Part shown: positions 7,026 through 14,573 of the stretch, in pieces
Position numbering within the stretch: the first letter of the stretch is position 1
Layout of the letters: every line of letters starts with the position of its first letter
Assembly: GCA_016839945.1 (NCBI GenBank)
Contig: JAEOTE010000058.1
Span: forward strand, 1 to 17,104
DNA: 17,104 nt
DNA from: Candidatus Heimdallarchaeota archaeon
GTDB taxonomy: Archaea > Asgardarchaeota > Heimdallarchaeia > Heimdallarchaeales > Heimdallarchaeaceae
Direction: 5' to 3'
Made by a program: the position numbers and the translations under genes
Notes under the pieces: model-generated
The model's input: only the letters and a program-made list of their open reading frames with translations
What the model was told of the DNA's origin: nothing
The model's database searches: none

Positions 7026-7409
7026 TCATTTCTTTTTATTTTCTTCATGACACGTTTTGATGGTCCAATCTATTAATGGTTTAAGAGCTTGAGATAATTG
7101 CTCTCCTTTTTCAGATAAGGCGTATTCAACTTTTGGAGGTATCTCTGGATAAATCTCACGTTCTAAAATCCCTTCTTCAGATAATTCTGTTAAACGAGCT
7201 GAAAGTGTTGCGTCACTGATTTTATTCTTTTTCCATCCTCTATGAAGCAACTCCCTTAAATCATTATAGCGAACTTTTTTACCATCACTTAGGACTTTAA
7301 TTAGCTGTATACTCCATTTTTTCCCAATTAGATTCAATACTCGTTGAGCGGGTATAAAACATGGAGATCCTATTTGGTTATGAGCACAACTCTCTTTGGT
7401 TTTATTCAT
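7026..7409 (-). CDS. HxlR/DUF24-family winged-helix transcriptional regulator
   Basis: C-x-x-x-x-x-x-x-x-LIGKKWSIQLI, RYNDL, ISDATLSARLTEL and YPEIPPKVEYALSEKG. N-terminal cysteines. Confidence 0.92.
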   Translation of the reverse strand: MNKTKESCAHNQIGSPCFIPAQRVLNLIGKKWSIQLIKVLSDGKKVRYNDLRELLHRGWKKNKISDATLSARLTELSEEGILEREIYPEIPPKVEYALSEKGEQLSQALKPLIDWTIKTCHEENKKK

Positions 7410-7454
7410 TTTACTTCACACTATCTGAGTTACTTAAGAAACTATTAGAGAGAC

Positions 7455-7466
7455 TTTATATATAAA
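7455..7466. promoter_or_regulatory. Palindromic TATA box TTTATATATAAA between divergent genes
   Basis: Perfect 12-bp palindrome roughly midway between the hxlR-like ATG (7409) and the small-ORF ATG (7519). Confidence 0.55.
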
Positions 7467-7508
7467 TACTTTCATATCTAAAGTAATAACACTTTAAAAA
7501 CTAAAGCA
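7467..7508. promoter_or_regulatory. Tandem inverted-repeat operators, likely bound by the HxlR-family regulator
   Basis: TACTTT-N7-AAAGTA (7467-7485, perfect) and CACTTT-N7-AAAGCA (7490-7508, degenerate), starting 23 bp apart, directly downstream of the TATA box. Confidence 0.6.
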
Positions 7509-7518
7509 AGGTGAGAAA

Positions 7519-7674
7519 ATGAAAGAAGATTGCAAAGGAAAACATCGAAAGTGCGGTGAATTTACCGGAGATGAAGATAAAGAAACAAAGCTCAAACATC
7601 TAAAAGAATGCAAAGAAGATTTGCTAAAAAAGATAAAAGATATTGATGAAGCAATAAATAAGTTAGAGAGTTAA
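7519..7674 (+). CDS. Small 51-aa Cys/His-containing protein with C-terminal coiled coil
   Basis: Not in the ORF track. MKEDCKGKHRKCGEFTGDEDKETKLKHLKECKEDLLKKIKDIDEAINKLES. SD AAGGTGA upstream, purine-rich coding-like composition, and a T-rich tract after the TAA. Confidence 0.8.
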   Translation: MKEDCKGKHRKCGEFTGDEDKETKLKHLKECKEDLLKKIKDIDEAINKLES

Positions 7675-7675
7675 A

Positions 7676-7696
7676 TCTCCTTCTTATTCTTTTTTG
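7676..7696 (+). terminator. Pyrimidine/oligo-T archaeal-type terminator
   Basis: TCTCCTTCTTATTCTTTTTTG immediately after the stop of the small ORF. Confidence 0.45.
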
Positions 7697-7744
7697 AAAG
7701 TATTTGTTAATTCTTAAAAATGGGAAATAGTTCAAGTTCATCTA

Positions 7745-8710
7745 TCAATATTCTAGCAACTCAAGAATCCTCTTCTTAGCTTCAAGATATTTCTCTACTT
7801 GGTTAGAATTACTAAAGAAACCTGCAGCTGTCATACCTATGAATATCTTGTAGCACAATAACCTATAATCGTAATTTTCAAAATCTATTTTTTTATCATC
7901 TTCAAACATTTTCTTGTAGAGCTTAGCATAATGATTTTCTTCTCTTATTTGCCAGAAATCTAACCAAGCAATATCATATGCAAAATCACCAAATAATGAA
8001 TGTTCCCAATCAAAGACAGCTGATATGTCTCCATTAATATCTACCAGAACATTATCATAACCATAATCACCATGAACCAAATATCGGTGTTTTGAACAAA
8101 ATTGAACTAGCTCTTGGATTCTTTTTGATCCTTTAATGTAAAGATCTTTTTCAAAAATTCCAGTAGAAAATCTCTTGTTTGTGTAGATTCTTAATCCTTC
8201 TATAACATCTAAAATATGTTCACTCATAGAATCGAGTTTTGCTTCTTGCAAGTTTGACCAATTTCCATACCCTCTTGTTTTTGAAATTTCAATGGAATGA
8301 ATATTGTGTAGCATTCGAGCTAAATTATCATCCGCTTTCTCACTTCTTTCTTGAGGAAAAAGATGAGAATTTACTCCAGTAGCTTTTTCAACAATACAGT
8401 AAAGTATCCTCCTTTTCTTTTCAAAACCAAAAATTCCTTTTTCAACAATATTTGGAATTGGAATTGTATTATCTCTTGATTTTACATACTCATATGCAAG
8501 AAGCTCTTTTTGGAAAGGATTCTTTCCTGTAGTACTTGCCTTAGTTTTCCTAATTTTAATTACATAACTTCCTTTCTCATCATCAAAGGAAAAAACTTGA
8601 GACAACTCTCCTCCTTTCAAGAATTCTAGATTCTTTATTTCAGAACTGAAATTTTCCGTGAGGAATTGTCTAACATCTCCAATCTCAATTGATGTTTTTG
8701 CCTTTGACAT
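7745..8710 (-). CDS. Aminoglycoside phosphotransferase family kinase, APH(4)/hygromycin B kinase-like
   Basis: Brenner motif LVHGDYGYDNVL, metal-binding VFDWE..FGD..YDIA, and N-terminal GGELSQVFSF..YVIKI. Start set at ATG 8710 (MSKAK, GGAG upstream) rather than the track's 8785. Confidence 0.85.
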   Translation of the reverse strand: MSKAKTSIEIGDVRQFLTENFSSEIKNLEFLKGGELSQVFSFDDEKGSYVIKIRKTKASTTGKNPFQKELLAYEYVKSRDNTIPIPNIVEKGIFGFEKKRRILYCIVEKATGVNSHLFPQERSEKADDNLARMLHNIHSIEISKTRGYGNWSNLQEAKLDSMSEHILDVIEGLRIYTNKRFSTGIFEKDLYIKGSKRIQELVQFCSKHRYLVHGDYGYDNVLVDINGDISAVFDWEHSLFGDFAYDIAWLDFWQIREENHYAKLYKKMFEDDKKIDFENYDYRLLCYKIFIGMTAAGFFSNSNQVEKYLEAKKRILELLEY

Positions 8711-8797
8711 TAAAGATTCAACTCCATTAAGAGATTTAATTCTTTTGTTGAATATTTTACGGAATAAATATAAGTCTAATATCAATTATGTTATTTT

Positions 8798-10294
8798 GTG
8801 ATTATAATGAACAATGAAAAGAGAAAAATCCTTTCAATTAGCACTCTTCTTTTAATCTTCTGCATCTTATACACTGTTCCTGAAATCAATGTTTCTGGAG
8901 ATATTCTTCTCGATTCTTGGACTTGGGCGGCAGGTAGTAATTTAGATGATCAATTCCCAACATATGGAACAAAAGGAGAAGAAGATCCAAGCAATGATCC
9001 TGGAGGAAGACAAGGATGTGCTACTTGGATAGATGATGAAGGAAATTACTGGGTGTTTGGTGGTCTTGGTTATGATAGTGGGAACGATTTTGGGCTTCTA
9101 AACGATTTATGGAGATACAATATAACAAGTCATCAATGGGCATGGATAACTGGCTCAAATTTAATTAATCAACCTAGTATTTATGGTGCCAAAGGCGTTT
9201 TCCATGAAAATAATCAACCAGTTTGTAGATATGAATGTACATCATTCAAGGATAATGATGGTCATTTTTGGCTTTTTGGTGGATCTACAACAGGAGGTGC
9301 TTATAGAGGAGATTTGTGGTGCTATAACACAACATTAAATGCTTGGGCTTGGATTGCAGGAAGCGACACAGATGACGATCCTGGAAGTTATGGAATATAC
9401 AGAATTTTTGATGTGAATAACTTACCTCCAGCTAGAACAATATGTTGTTCATGGGTAGATAGTAATAATCTATTCTATATCTTTGGAGGTCAAGCTCCTG
9501 GTTCAGCTTATTTCAACGATTTATGGTGCTATAACTCGTCACTTCTGCATTGGGCATGGATATCAGGTAATAATGCAACAAATGAGAATGGTGTTTATGG
9601 ACTTAAAGGAATAGAAGATACTTCAAATCATCCTGGAGCAAGAAACATATTCACATCTTGGAAATCTACTGATGACTATTTGTGGTTGTTTGGAGGATGG
9701 GGTAGAAGCTGGACTGGAGCAACTGGAAGATTGAACGATTTATGGAGATACAATAAAACAACAGATATGTGGGCTTGGATGTCCGGAAGTAATGCTACAA
9801 ACGATTTAGGAAACTGGGGTACTAAGGGTGTTCCTCATGATCTTAATCAACCAAGAGCGAGATATCTAGCTGCATCTTGTGTTGATAGCAACGGTAATTT
9901 TCTACTATATGGAGGTAATTCTCCAGATACTTCTATGTTAAACGATCTTTGGAGATATGATTTGAGTTTAGGTCAATGGGTTTGGATATCAGGGAACAGT
10001 TCAACAAGCGTTATAGGACTATATGGAACTAAAGGAGTAGCCAACACAAGTACTTATCCTGGGTCTAGACAAAGAGCCTCTATGAATTGTGATGATAGTG
10101 GTTACATTTGGGTATTCGGAGGATATGGTGTTAGTAGCATAGGAGATTTAGGTTTACTAAGTGATTTGTGGATGTACACTCCTGCAGATTTAGTTATTAT
10201 TAATGAATACAATAACGTACAAAACATACTTCTATTCTTTTTGGGAACCTTAACAGTTAGTCTAGTATTTACAAGAAAGAGAAGGAAAAAATAA
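8798..10294 (+). CDS. Secreted, membrane-anchored Kelch-type six-bladed beta-propeller protein
   Basis: Signal-like N-terminus (KRKILSISTLLLIFCILY). Six ~70-aa repeats (P..R..W.D..G.W.FGG..NDLW.Y..W.W..G). C-terminal INEY, then a hydrophobic helix and RKRRKK. ATG 8807 is an alternative start. Confidence 0.88.
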   Translation: MIIMNNEKRKILSISTLLLIFCILYTVPEINVSGDILLDSWTWAAGSNLDDQFPTYGTKGEEDPSNDPGGRQGCATWIDDEGNYWVFGGLGYDSGNDFGLLNDLWRYNITSHQWAWITGSNLINQPSIYGAKGVFHENNQPVCRYECTSFKDNDGHFWLFGGSTTGGAYRGDLWCYNTTLNAWAWIAGSDTDDDPGSYGIYRIFDVNNLPPARTICCSWVDSNNLFYIFGGQAPGSAYFNDLWCYNSSLLHWAWISGNNATNENGVYGLKGIEDTSNHPGARNIFTSWKSTDDYLWLFGGWGRSWTGATGRLNDLWRYNKTTDMWAWMSGSNATNDLGNWGTKGVPHDLNQPRARYLAASCVDSNGNFLLYGGNSPDTSMLNDLWRYDLSLGQWVWISGNSSTSVIGLYGTKGVANTSTYPGSRQRASMNCDDSGYIWVFGGYGVSSIGDLGLLSDLWMYTPADLVIINEYNNVQNILLFFLGTLTVSLVFTRKRRKK

Positions 10295-10322
10295 CCTCTC
10301 TTCCTCAATTTTTTCATTAGAT

Positions 10323-11210
10323 TTAACAATCAAAAGTAAATTTATCTCCAACCATGAAAGGTTTAACGATTTCTTTCCCAAATCGTTTAGTAAAGAAATC
10401 TATAGCTTTTTTGCCTGTACAGTGACTAAGATAAAGTAGAGGTTTATTGTAATCATCCTCCAGTTTTTTCGCTACATATTCCAGATCAGATTCTTCTTCA
10501 AAAGCAACAAGATGAGTTCCACCTATTATAGATTTTATTTCACTATCTGGGTAAAATTCTTTAGCTCTAGCACAAATATTCAAGATGCCTGAATGACCAC
10601 ACCCGAAAATAATGACAATCCCTTCCTTAGTTTTAAGCACAAGTGAAAGATCATCTAATTGATTATCTGAAACGTATTTTTTTCCTTCTTTGATTTTAAG
10701 TTTATCAACAGTACAGGCTTTTTCTTTCCTATCAGAGATAGAAATTTCTCCAGTTGTTTTCAAGAAAGGTGTGATTTCATAAGGATCAGTAGTAGGTTCA
10801 AGAATAATCTTATCTTTTAAAGATTTAGGAAGTTTTGGAAAACCAAAATTATACATACGAAATTTGATTAATGCTGGAATTGTCAATAAAAAATTTGCAA
10901 TTCTTCTCTTACGAAAAGCATGAGGATGAGCAACAATCTTAAGTTTTTTAGAACTATCTCTAGATCGCAAAAAAGCTCCTAAACCTGTAGTATGATCCCA
11001 ATGACCATGACTAAGAATAAGCATCTCTATTTCATCTGGATTTATTTCAAGGAGCTTCATGTGATGCATCAATATATTTTGCTGATCTCCTACATCAAAC
11101 AAAATCTTCCTTCCTTCTAATTCTAATAAATAAGATAACGTGTTTGTTGGAAAGAAATCACTGTTAATTTTTACAGTATTATCCATAACATTAGTAAGTG
11201 TAACTTTCAT
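10323..11210 (-). CDS. Metallo-beta-lactamase-fold hydrolase (COG1237-like)
   Basis: ILFDVG, SHGHWDH, DDLSLV, GCGHSG, GGTHL and SHCTG motifs. Start set at ATG 11210 (MKVTLTNVMDN). Confidence 0.9.
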   Translation of the reverse strand: MKVTLTNVMDNTVKINSDFFPTNTLSYLLELEGRKILFDVGDQQNILMHHMKLLEINPDEIEMLILSHGHWDHTTGLGAFLRSRDSSKKLKIVAHPHAFRKRRIANFLLTIPALIKFRMYNFGFPKLPKSLKDKIILEPTTDPYEITPFLKTTGEISISDRKEKACTVDKLKIKEGKKYVSDNQLDDLSLVLKTKEGIVIIFGCGHSGILNICARAKEFYPDSEIKSIIGGTHLVAFEEESDLEYVAKKLEDDYNKPLLYLSHCTGKKAIDFFTKRFGKEIVKPFMVGDKFTFDC

Positions 11211-11241
11211 ATAATTCAATTAAGTTTGATAATAATATTAT

Positions 11242-13338
11242 TTAACTTTTAGTCTCAAGATATATATTTTCAATTGGGTGTGGTCTTCCTCTACAAATAG
11301 AAAGATCTTCTATACAAAATTCTAAATTAAGATTTTTCAATGTCTCTTCTTTTGGTACTCCGTCTTCTCTAAATCCAGTGTATTTGTAATAACCTTGAAT
11401 CATCTCTTCTGCAGGCAAAGAAACACCTTTCAATGGGCCTTTCTTCAATGGTGGATCCCCTACAAGTCTTTTTGGGATTTCGTGCCTAATAGCTCCCTCT
11501 CGAGCATTAAACATTTGACGTAAGGTTTGTATTCTCCAACCAATTGCTATAAATTCTTCAGGAGTAATTTTCCATCCAAACACACTTTTTATTAACTCAA
11601 ACAATGGGTATTCTCCACAAGCTAAGGAATAGGAACATAATCCTAATGCATTAAAAGTTTGAGTGAACTTCACAGCCTCTGCATGGTTTTTACTGGTTAC
11701 TTCCATGTTCCTGTTAGCTTTAAACTTGAATGCTTTAGTAAATCGTGCAACAGGGTGTAACAACAAAGTATCAATACCTCCAGCAGTATGTCTTCCTGGT
11801 GTTGGATCAGCTACATAAGTTGCAGTAAACCAATTAATATATCTAGGATCATGCATAGGTACCTCCGAACCACCAGTATTCATAGCATAAGGTTTAGATC
11901 CTTCTATTTTTTGAGAAGCAGCCCATGTTCCATCTGCTAATAAATCTCCAATTCCCTCACGATTAACCATCATCTCTAGTAAAGGAAAAATATAATCAGA
12001 TTCATACCACTGTGGTAGAAATCCTTCTGGATATTTCTCACATTTAAAATCCTCTTGCTTAAGCAAACCTTTCTCCACGCATTCTAATACATAGCTAAGA
12101 GTGACTCCAGTGGATATTGAATCTAAACCTTGACGATTAAGGTAATCATTAATTTGAATCATTAAAATAGGATCGTCATTTAATATGTTGCTGCTAATAG
12201 AAGCAAGTGTTTCATATTCGGGTTTATGAGAATCCTTAATGCCAATCTCAGGAACTGAAATCTTCTTGCCACAACGTAATGGACACCCATAACAACCATA
12301 AGGTTGAGTCTCGATTGAAGAAAGTTTTTTTGCAACTTTTTTCAAAGCTTTTTCTTTAGGATAATCAACAAAACTGATCCCATCAAAGTTCTTCACTGAA
12401 GCATCCCCTACAGCTATTGATATTGGAAGAGTGAAACCTGTTCCATATCGATGTAAGTAATTTGCTGAGAGAGCTTCTGCTTTGATACCAGGAGTTTTCA
12501 TAACCATCTGAACACTGTTACCAAAGCTCATTTTCATTAACCTCATGAGTTCACCAAATTGAGGTACTGTTTTGAGACCATTACCAAGCAAATCTCTGCT
12601 TAACATTTTCTTCATTTTATCTCGATAATCATTAGACAGAGAAAAAGATGTTTCTTTATCAGCTAGATTAAGTTGAGTTTTACCTTTCAGACAGATAGCT
12701 TTCAATTTCTTTGAACCCATTACTGCTCCGAGGCCACTTCGTGCAGCAATACGACCATAATCATTGACAATCCCAGTAATTAGGGATTTATTTTCTGCTG
12801 CTACTCCAATAGTAACGACATTGACGTTTTTGCCATGCTTTTCTTTCAACAAATCTTCTGTTTCGAAAGAATCCTTCCCCCAAATTTCTGAAGCATCCTT
12901 CAATTCCTTAGTTTCTTGATCAATGTATAAGTAAACAGGTTTTTCTGATAATCCTGTTACAAAAATAGCATCATAGCCTGCACGTTTAATGGCAGGACCA
13001 AAATATCCTCCAGAATTACTATCACCCCAACCCCCATTGCAAAAATCTCCATCAACAGTTATACCTTTGCCTGTTAAAGGACTCTTACCGCATGCCATCC
13101 ATCTACCAGTAAAAGGAGCAATTGTTCCAGTGAGTAATCCTGGACAAAAACCAAGTATATTGTCTGGACCTAAAGGATCACAATGAGATTTAATTCTCGA
13201 ATAAATATAGTAAACTCCTAGTCCATATCCTCCTAAAAAGCTACGGTAAATTTCATCTGAGGGAAACTCTTCTTGAATCTCTCCAGTAGTGAGATTTATC
13301 CAGAGTATTTTACCTGTGTAACCATAGGGATATTTCAT
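11242..13338 (-). CDS. aor: Tungsten-containing aldehyde:ferredoxin oxidoreductase family protein
   Basis: GYTGKILWINL, FLGGYGLG, KSPLTG, AARSGLGAVMGSKKLKAI, 4Fe-4S motif CYGCPLRC plus distal LGLC, PEYET, GLDSIS and HDPR. Start set at ATG 13338; the track's 43-codon extension looks non-coding. Confidence 0.93.
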   Translation of the reverse strand: MKYPYGYTGKILWINLTTGEIQEEFPSDEIYRSFLGGYGLGVYYIYSRIKSHCDPLGPDNILGFCPGLLTGTIAPFTGRWMACGKSPLTGKGITVDGDFCNGGWGDSNSGGYFGPAIKRAGYDAIFVTGLSEKPVYLYIDQETKELKDASEIWGKDSFETEDLLKEKHGKNVNVVTIGVAAENKSLITGIVNDYGRIAARSGLGAVMGSKKLKAICLKGKTQLNLADKETSFSLSNDYRDKMKKMLSRDLLGNGLKTVPQFGELMRLMKMSFGNSVQMVMKTPGIKAEALSANYLHRYGTGFTLPISIAVGDASVKNFDGISFVDYPKEKALKKVAKKLSSIETQPYGCYGCPLRCGKKISVPEIGIKDSHKPEYETLASISSNILNDDPILMIQINDYLNRQGLDSISTGVTLSYVLECVEKGLLKQEDFKCEKYPEGFLPQWYESDYIFPLLEMMVNREGIGDLLADGTWAASQKIEGSKPYAMNTGGSEVPMHDPRYINWFTATYVADPTPGRHTAGGIDTLLLHPVARFTKAFKFKANRNMEVTSKNHAEAVKFTQTFNALGLCSYSLACGEYPLFELIKSVFGWKITPEEFIAIGWRIQTLRQMFNAREGAIRHEIPKRLVGDPPLKKGPLKGVSLPAEEMIQGYYKYTGFREDGVPKEETLKNLNLEFCIEDLSICRGRPHPIENIYLETKS

Positions 13339-13442
13339 CAGTATATAATATAGTAAGAAAAGCAATAAGAAGTCAGATGAAACGTTAATAGTTAGTTTTA
13401 GAAGTTGATACAATAAAATAGAAGAGAAGAAAAAATGGTTGC

Positions 13443-13459
13443 AAAAGAAGATATAAAAA
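13443..13459 (+). promoter_or_regulatory. Putative BRE/TATA promoter for the aldo-keto reductase
   Basis: Purine-rich AAAAGAAG followed by ATATAAAAA, about 55-60 nt upstream of ATG 13515. Confidence 0.35.
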
Positions 13460-13514
13460 GCATTCAAAAATAGGGAAGGTGCAATAAGATTTTATTTAAT
13501 AGGATTAGAAAGAT

Positions 13515-14474
13515 ATGTTAGAAAAAAGAACACTTGGAAAGACAAACATTAAGGTGTCACCAATAGGAATTGGTGTAATGATGTGGATGGGCGGAAGAGG
13601 TTTGATTGGACGTATTGCACCTGATGTTTCTGATGTGGTTAAGAATGATATAATCAAAGAATCATTTGCTGGAGGAATCAATTTCTTCGATACTGCTGAA
13701 TTTTATGGTTTTGGTAGATCTGAAACTAATTTGGCTAATGCATTGAAAGCAAACAATGTTGAAGATAAAGATGTAGTTATTGGTACAAAATGGGCTCCTG
13801 TTCTTAGAAGAGCTAGAAACATGCGAAGAACTATTAATAATAGAATCAACTATCTTGGAGGTTATGCTATAGATCTCTATATGATTCATCAACCTATCAG
13901 CTTCTCTTCGATCAAAACTGAAATGAAAGAACTTGCAAGACTTTTGGAGAACAAAAAAATTAGATCTGTAGGAATAAGCAACTATAATGCCAAACAGATG
14001 CGTACAGCTCATGAAGAATTAGAGAAGCTTGGTATCCCCTTAGCTGCTAATCAAGTTCATTACAGTCTTGTAAGGAGAAATATAGAAACAGATTGTATAC
14101 TAGATACTGCTAAAGAGCTAGGTGTAACAATTACTGCTTATACTCCGCTTGCTGGAGGACTATTGACTGGTAAACTCCACAACAATCCAGAAGCTTTGAA
14201 GAACAAATCATCAATGTATCGAATGGTTGCTAAAAGAAATTTGGAAGAGAGTATTCCTTTAGTTGAGACTTTAACTGAAATAGCTAAAACACATGACGTT
14301 CTTCCAGGTCAGGTTGCGCTCAATTGGTTGGTCAACTATCATGGAGATACTGTTATAACCATTCCAGGTGCGACAAAAGCTTACCAAGCTAAGGAAGCAG
14401 CTGGAGCAATGACTTTCGAGTTAAGTAAAGCAGAATTAGATGAGATAGCTGATATCTCAGAAAGGTTTCTTTAA
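13515..14474 (+). CDS. Aldo/keto reductase
   Basis: Catalytic tetrad in FDTAEFYG (D,Y), GTKW (K) and LYMIHQP (H). Also VGISNY, NQVHYSL, AYTPLAGGLLTGK and IPGA. Confidence 0.95.
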   Translation: MLEKRTLGKTNIKVSPIGIGVMMWMGGRGLIGRIAPDVSDVVKNDIIKESFAGGINFFDTAEFYGFGRSETNLANALKANNVEDKDVVIGTKWAPVLRRARNMRRTINNRINYLGGYAIDLYMIHQPISFSSIKTEMKELARLLENKKIRSVGISNYNAKQMRTAHEELEKLGIPLAANQVHYSLVRRNIETDCILDTAKELGVTITAYTPLAGGLLTGKLHNNPEALKNKSSMYRMVAKRNLEESIPLVETLTEIAKTHDVLPGQVALNWLVNYHGDTVITIPGATKAYQAKEAAGAMTFELSKAELDEIADISERFL

Positions 14475-14477
14475 GAT

Positions 14478-14504
14478 CCTTTTTTCTTTCTCTTTTTCAT
14501 TTTC
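14478..14504 (+). terminator. Oligo-T archaeal-type terminator
   Basis: CCTTTTTTCTTTCTCTTTTTCATTTTC right after the AKR stop codon. Confidence 0.55.
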
Positions 14505-14573
14505 ATCGTTTAAGACAAATAATATATATCACAAGTATTTGGTTTCTAATGCTAAAGAATTACTTTAAGCTAG

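Noticed and set aside
8711-8785. N-terminal extension of the APH-like kinase
   Set aside because: It would leave almost no room for the divergent promoters, and family similarity starts at ATG 8710.
9000-10180. Recurrent AACGATTTATGG-like DNA repeats as a CRISPR array or tandem repeat
   Set aside because: They encode the NDLW motif of the Kelch blades, are in frame, degenerate at third positions and spaced about 210 nt apart.
13339-13467. Hydrophobic N-terminal extension (apparent signal or TM segment) on AOR
   Set aside because: It is a translation of the T-rich divergent promoter region; homology starts at MKYPYGYTGK.
1115-14012. Short ORFs in the track (1115-1354, 3166-3357, 5318-5590, 5817-6014, 6303-6506, 6684-6902, 10102-10329, 12989-13186, 13662-14012)
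   Set aside because: All lie antisense to well-supported genes, with shadow-frame composition and no recognisable motifs.
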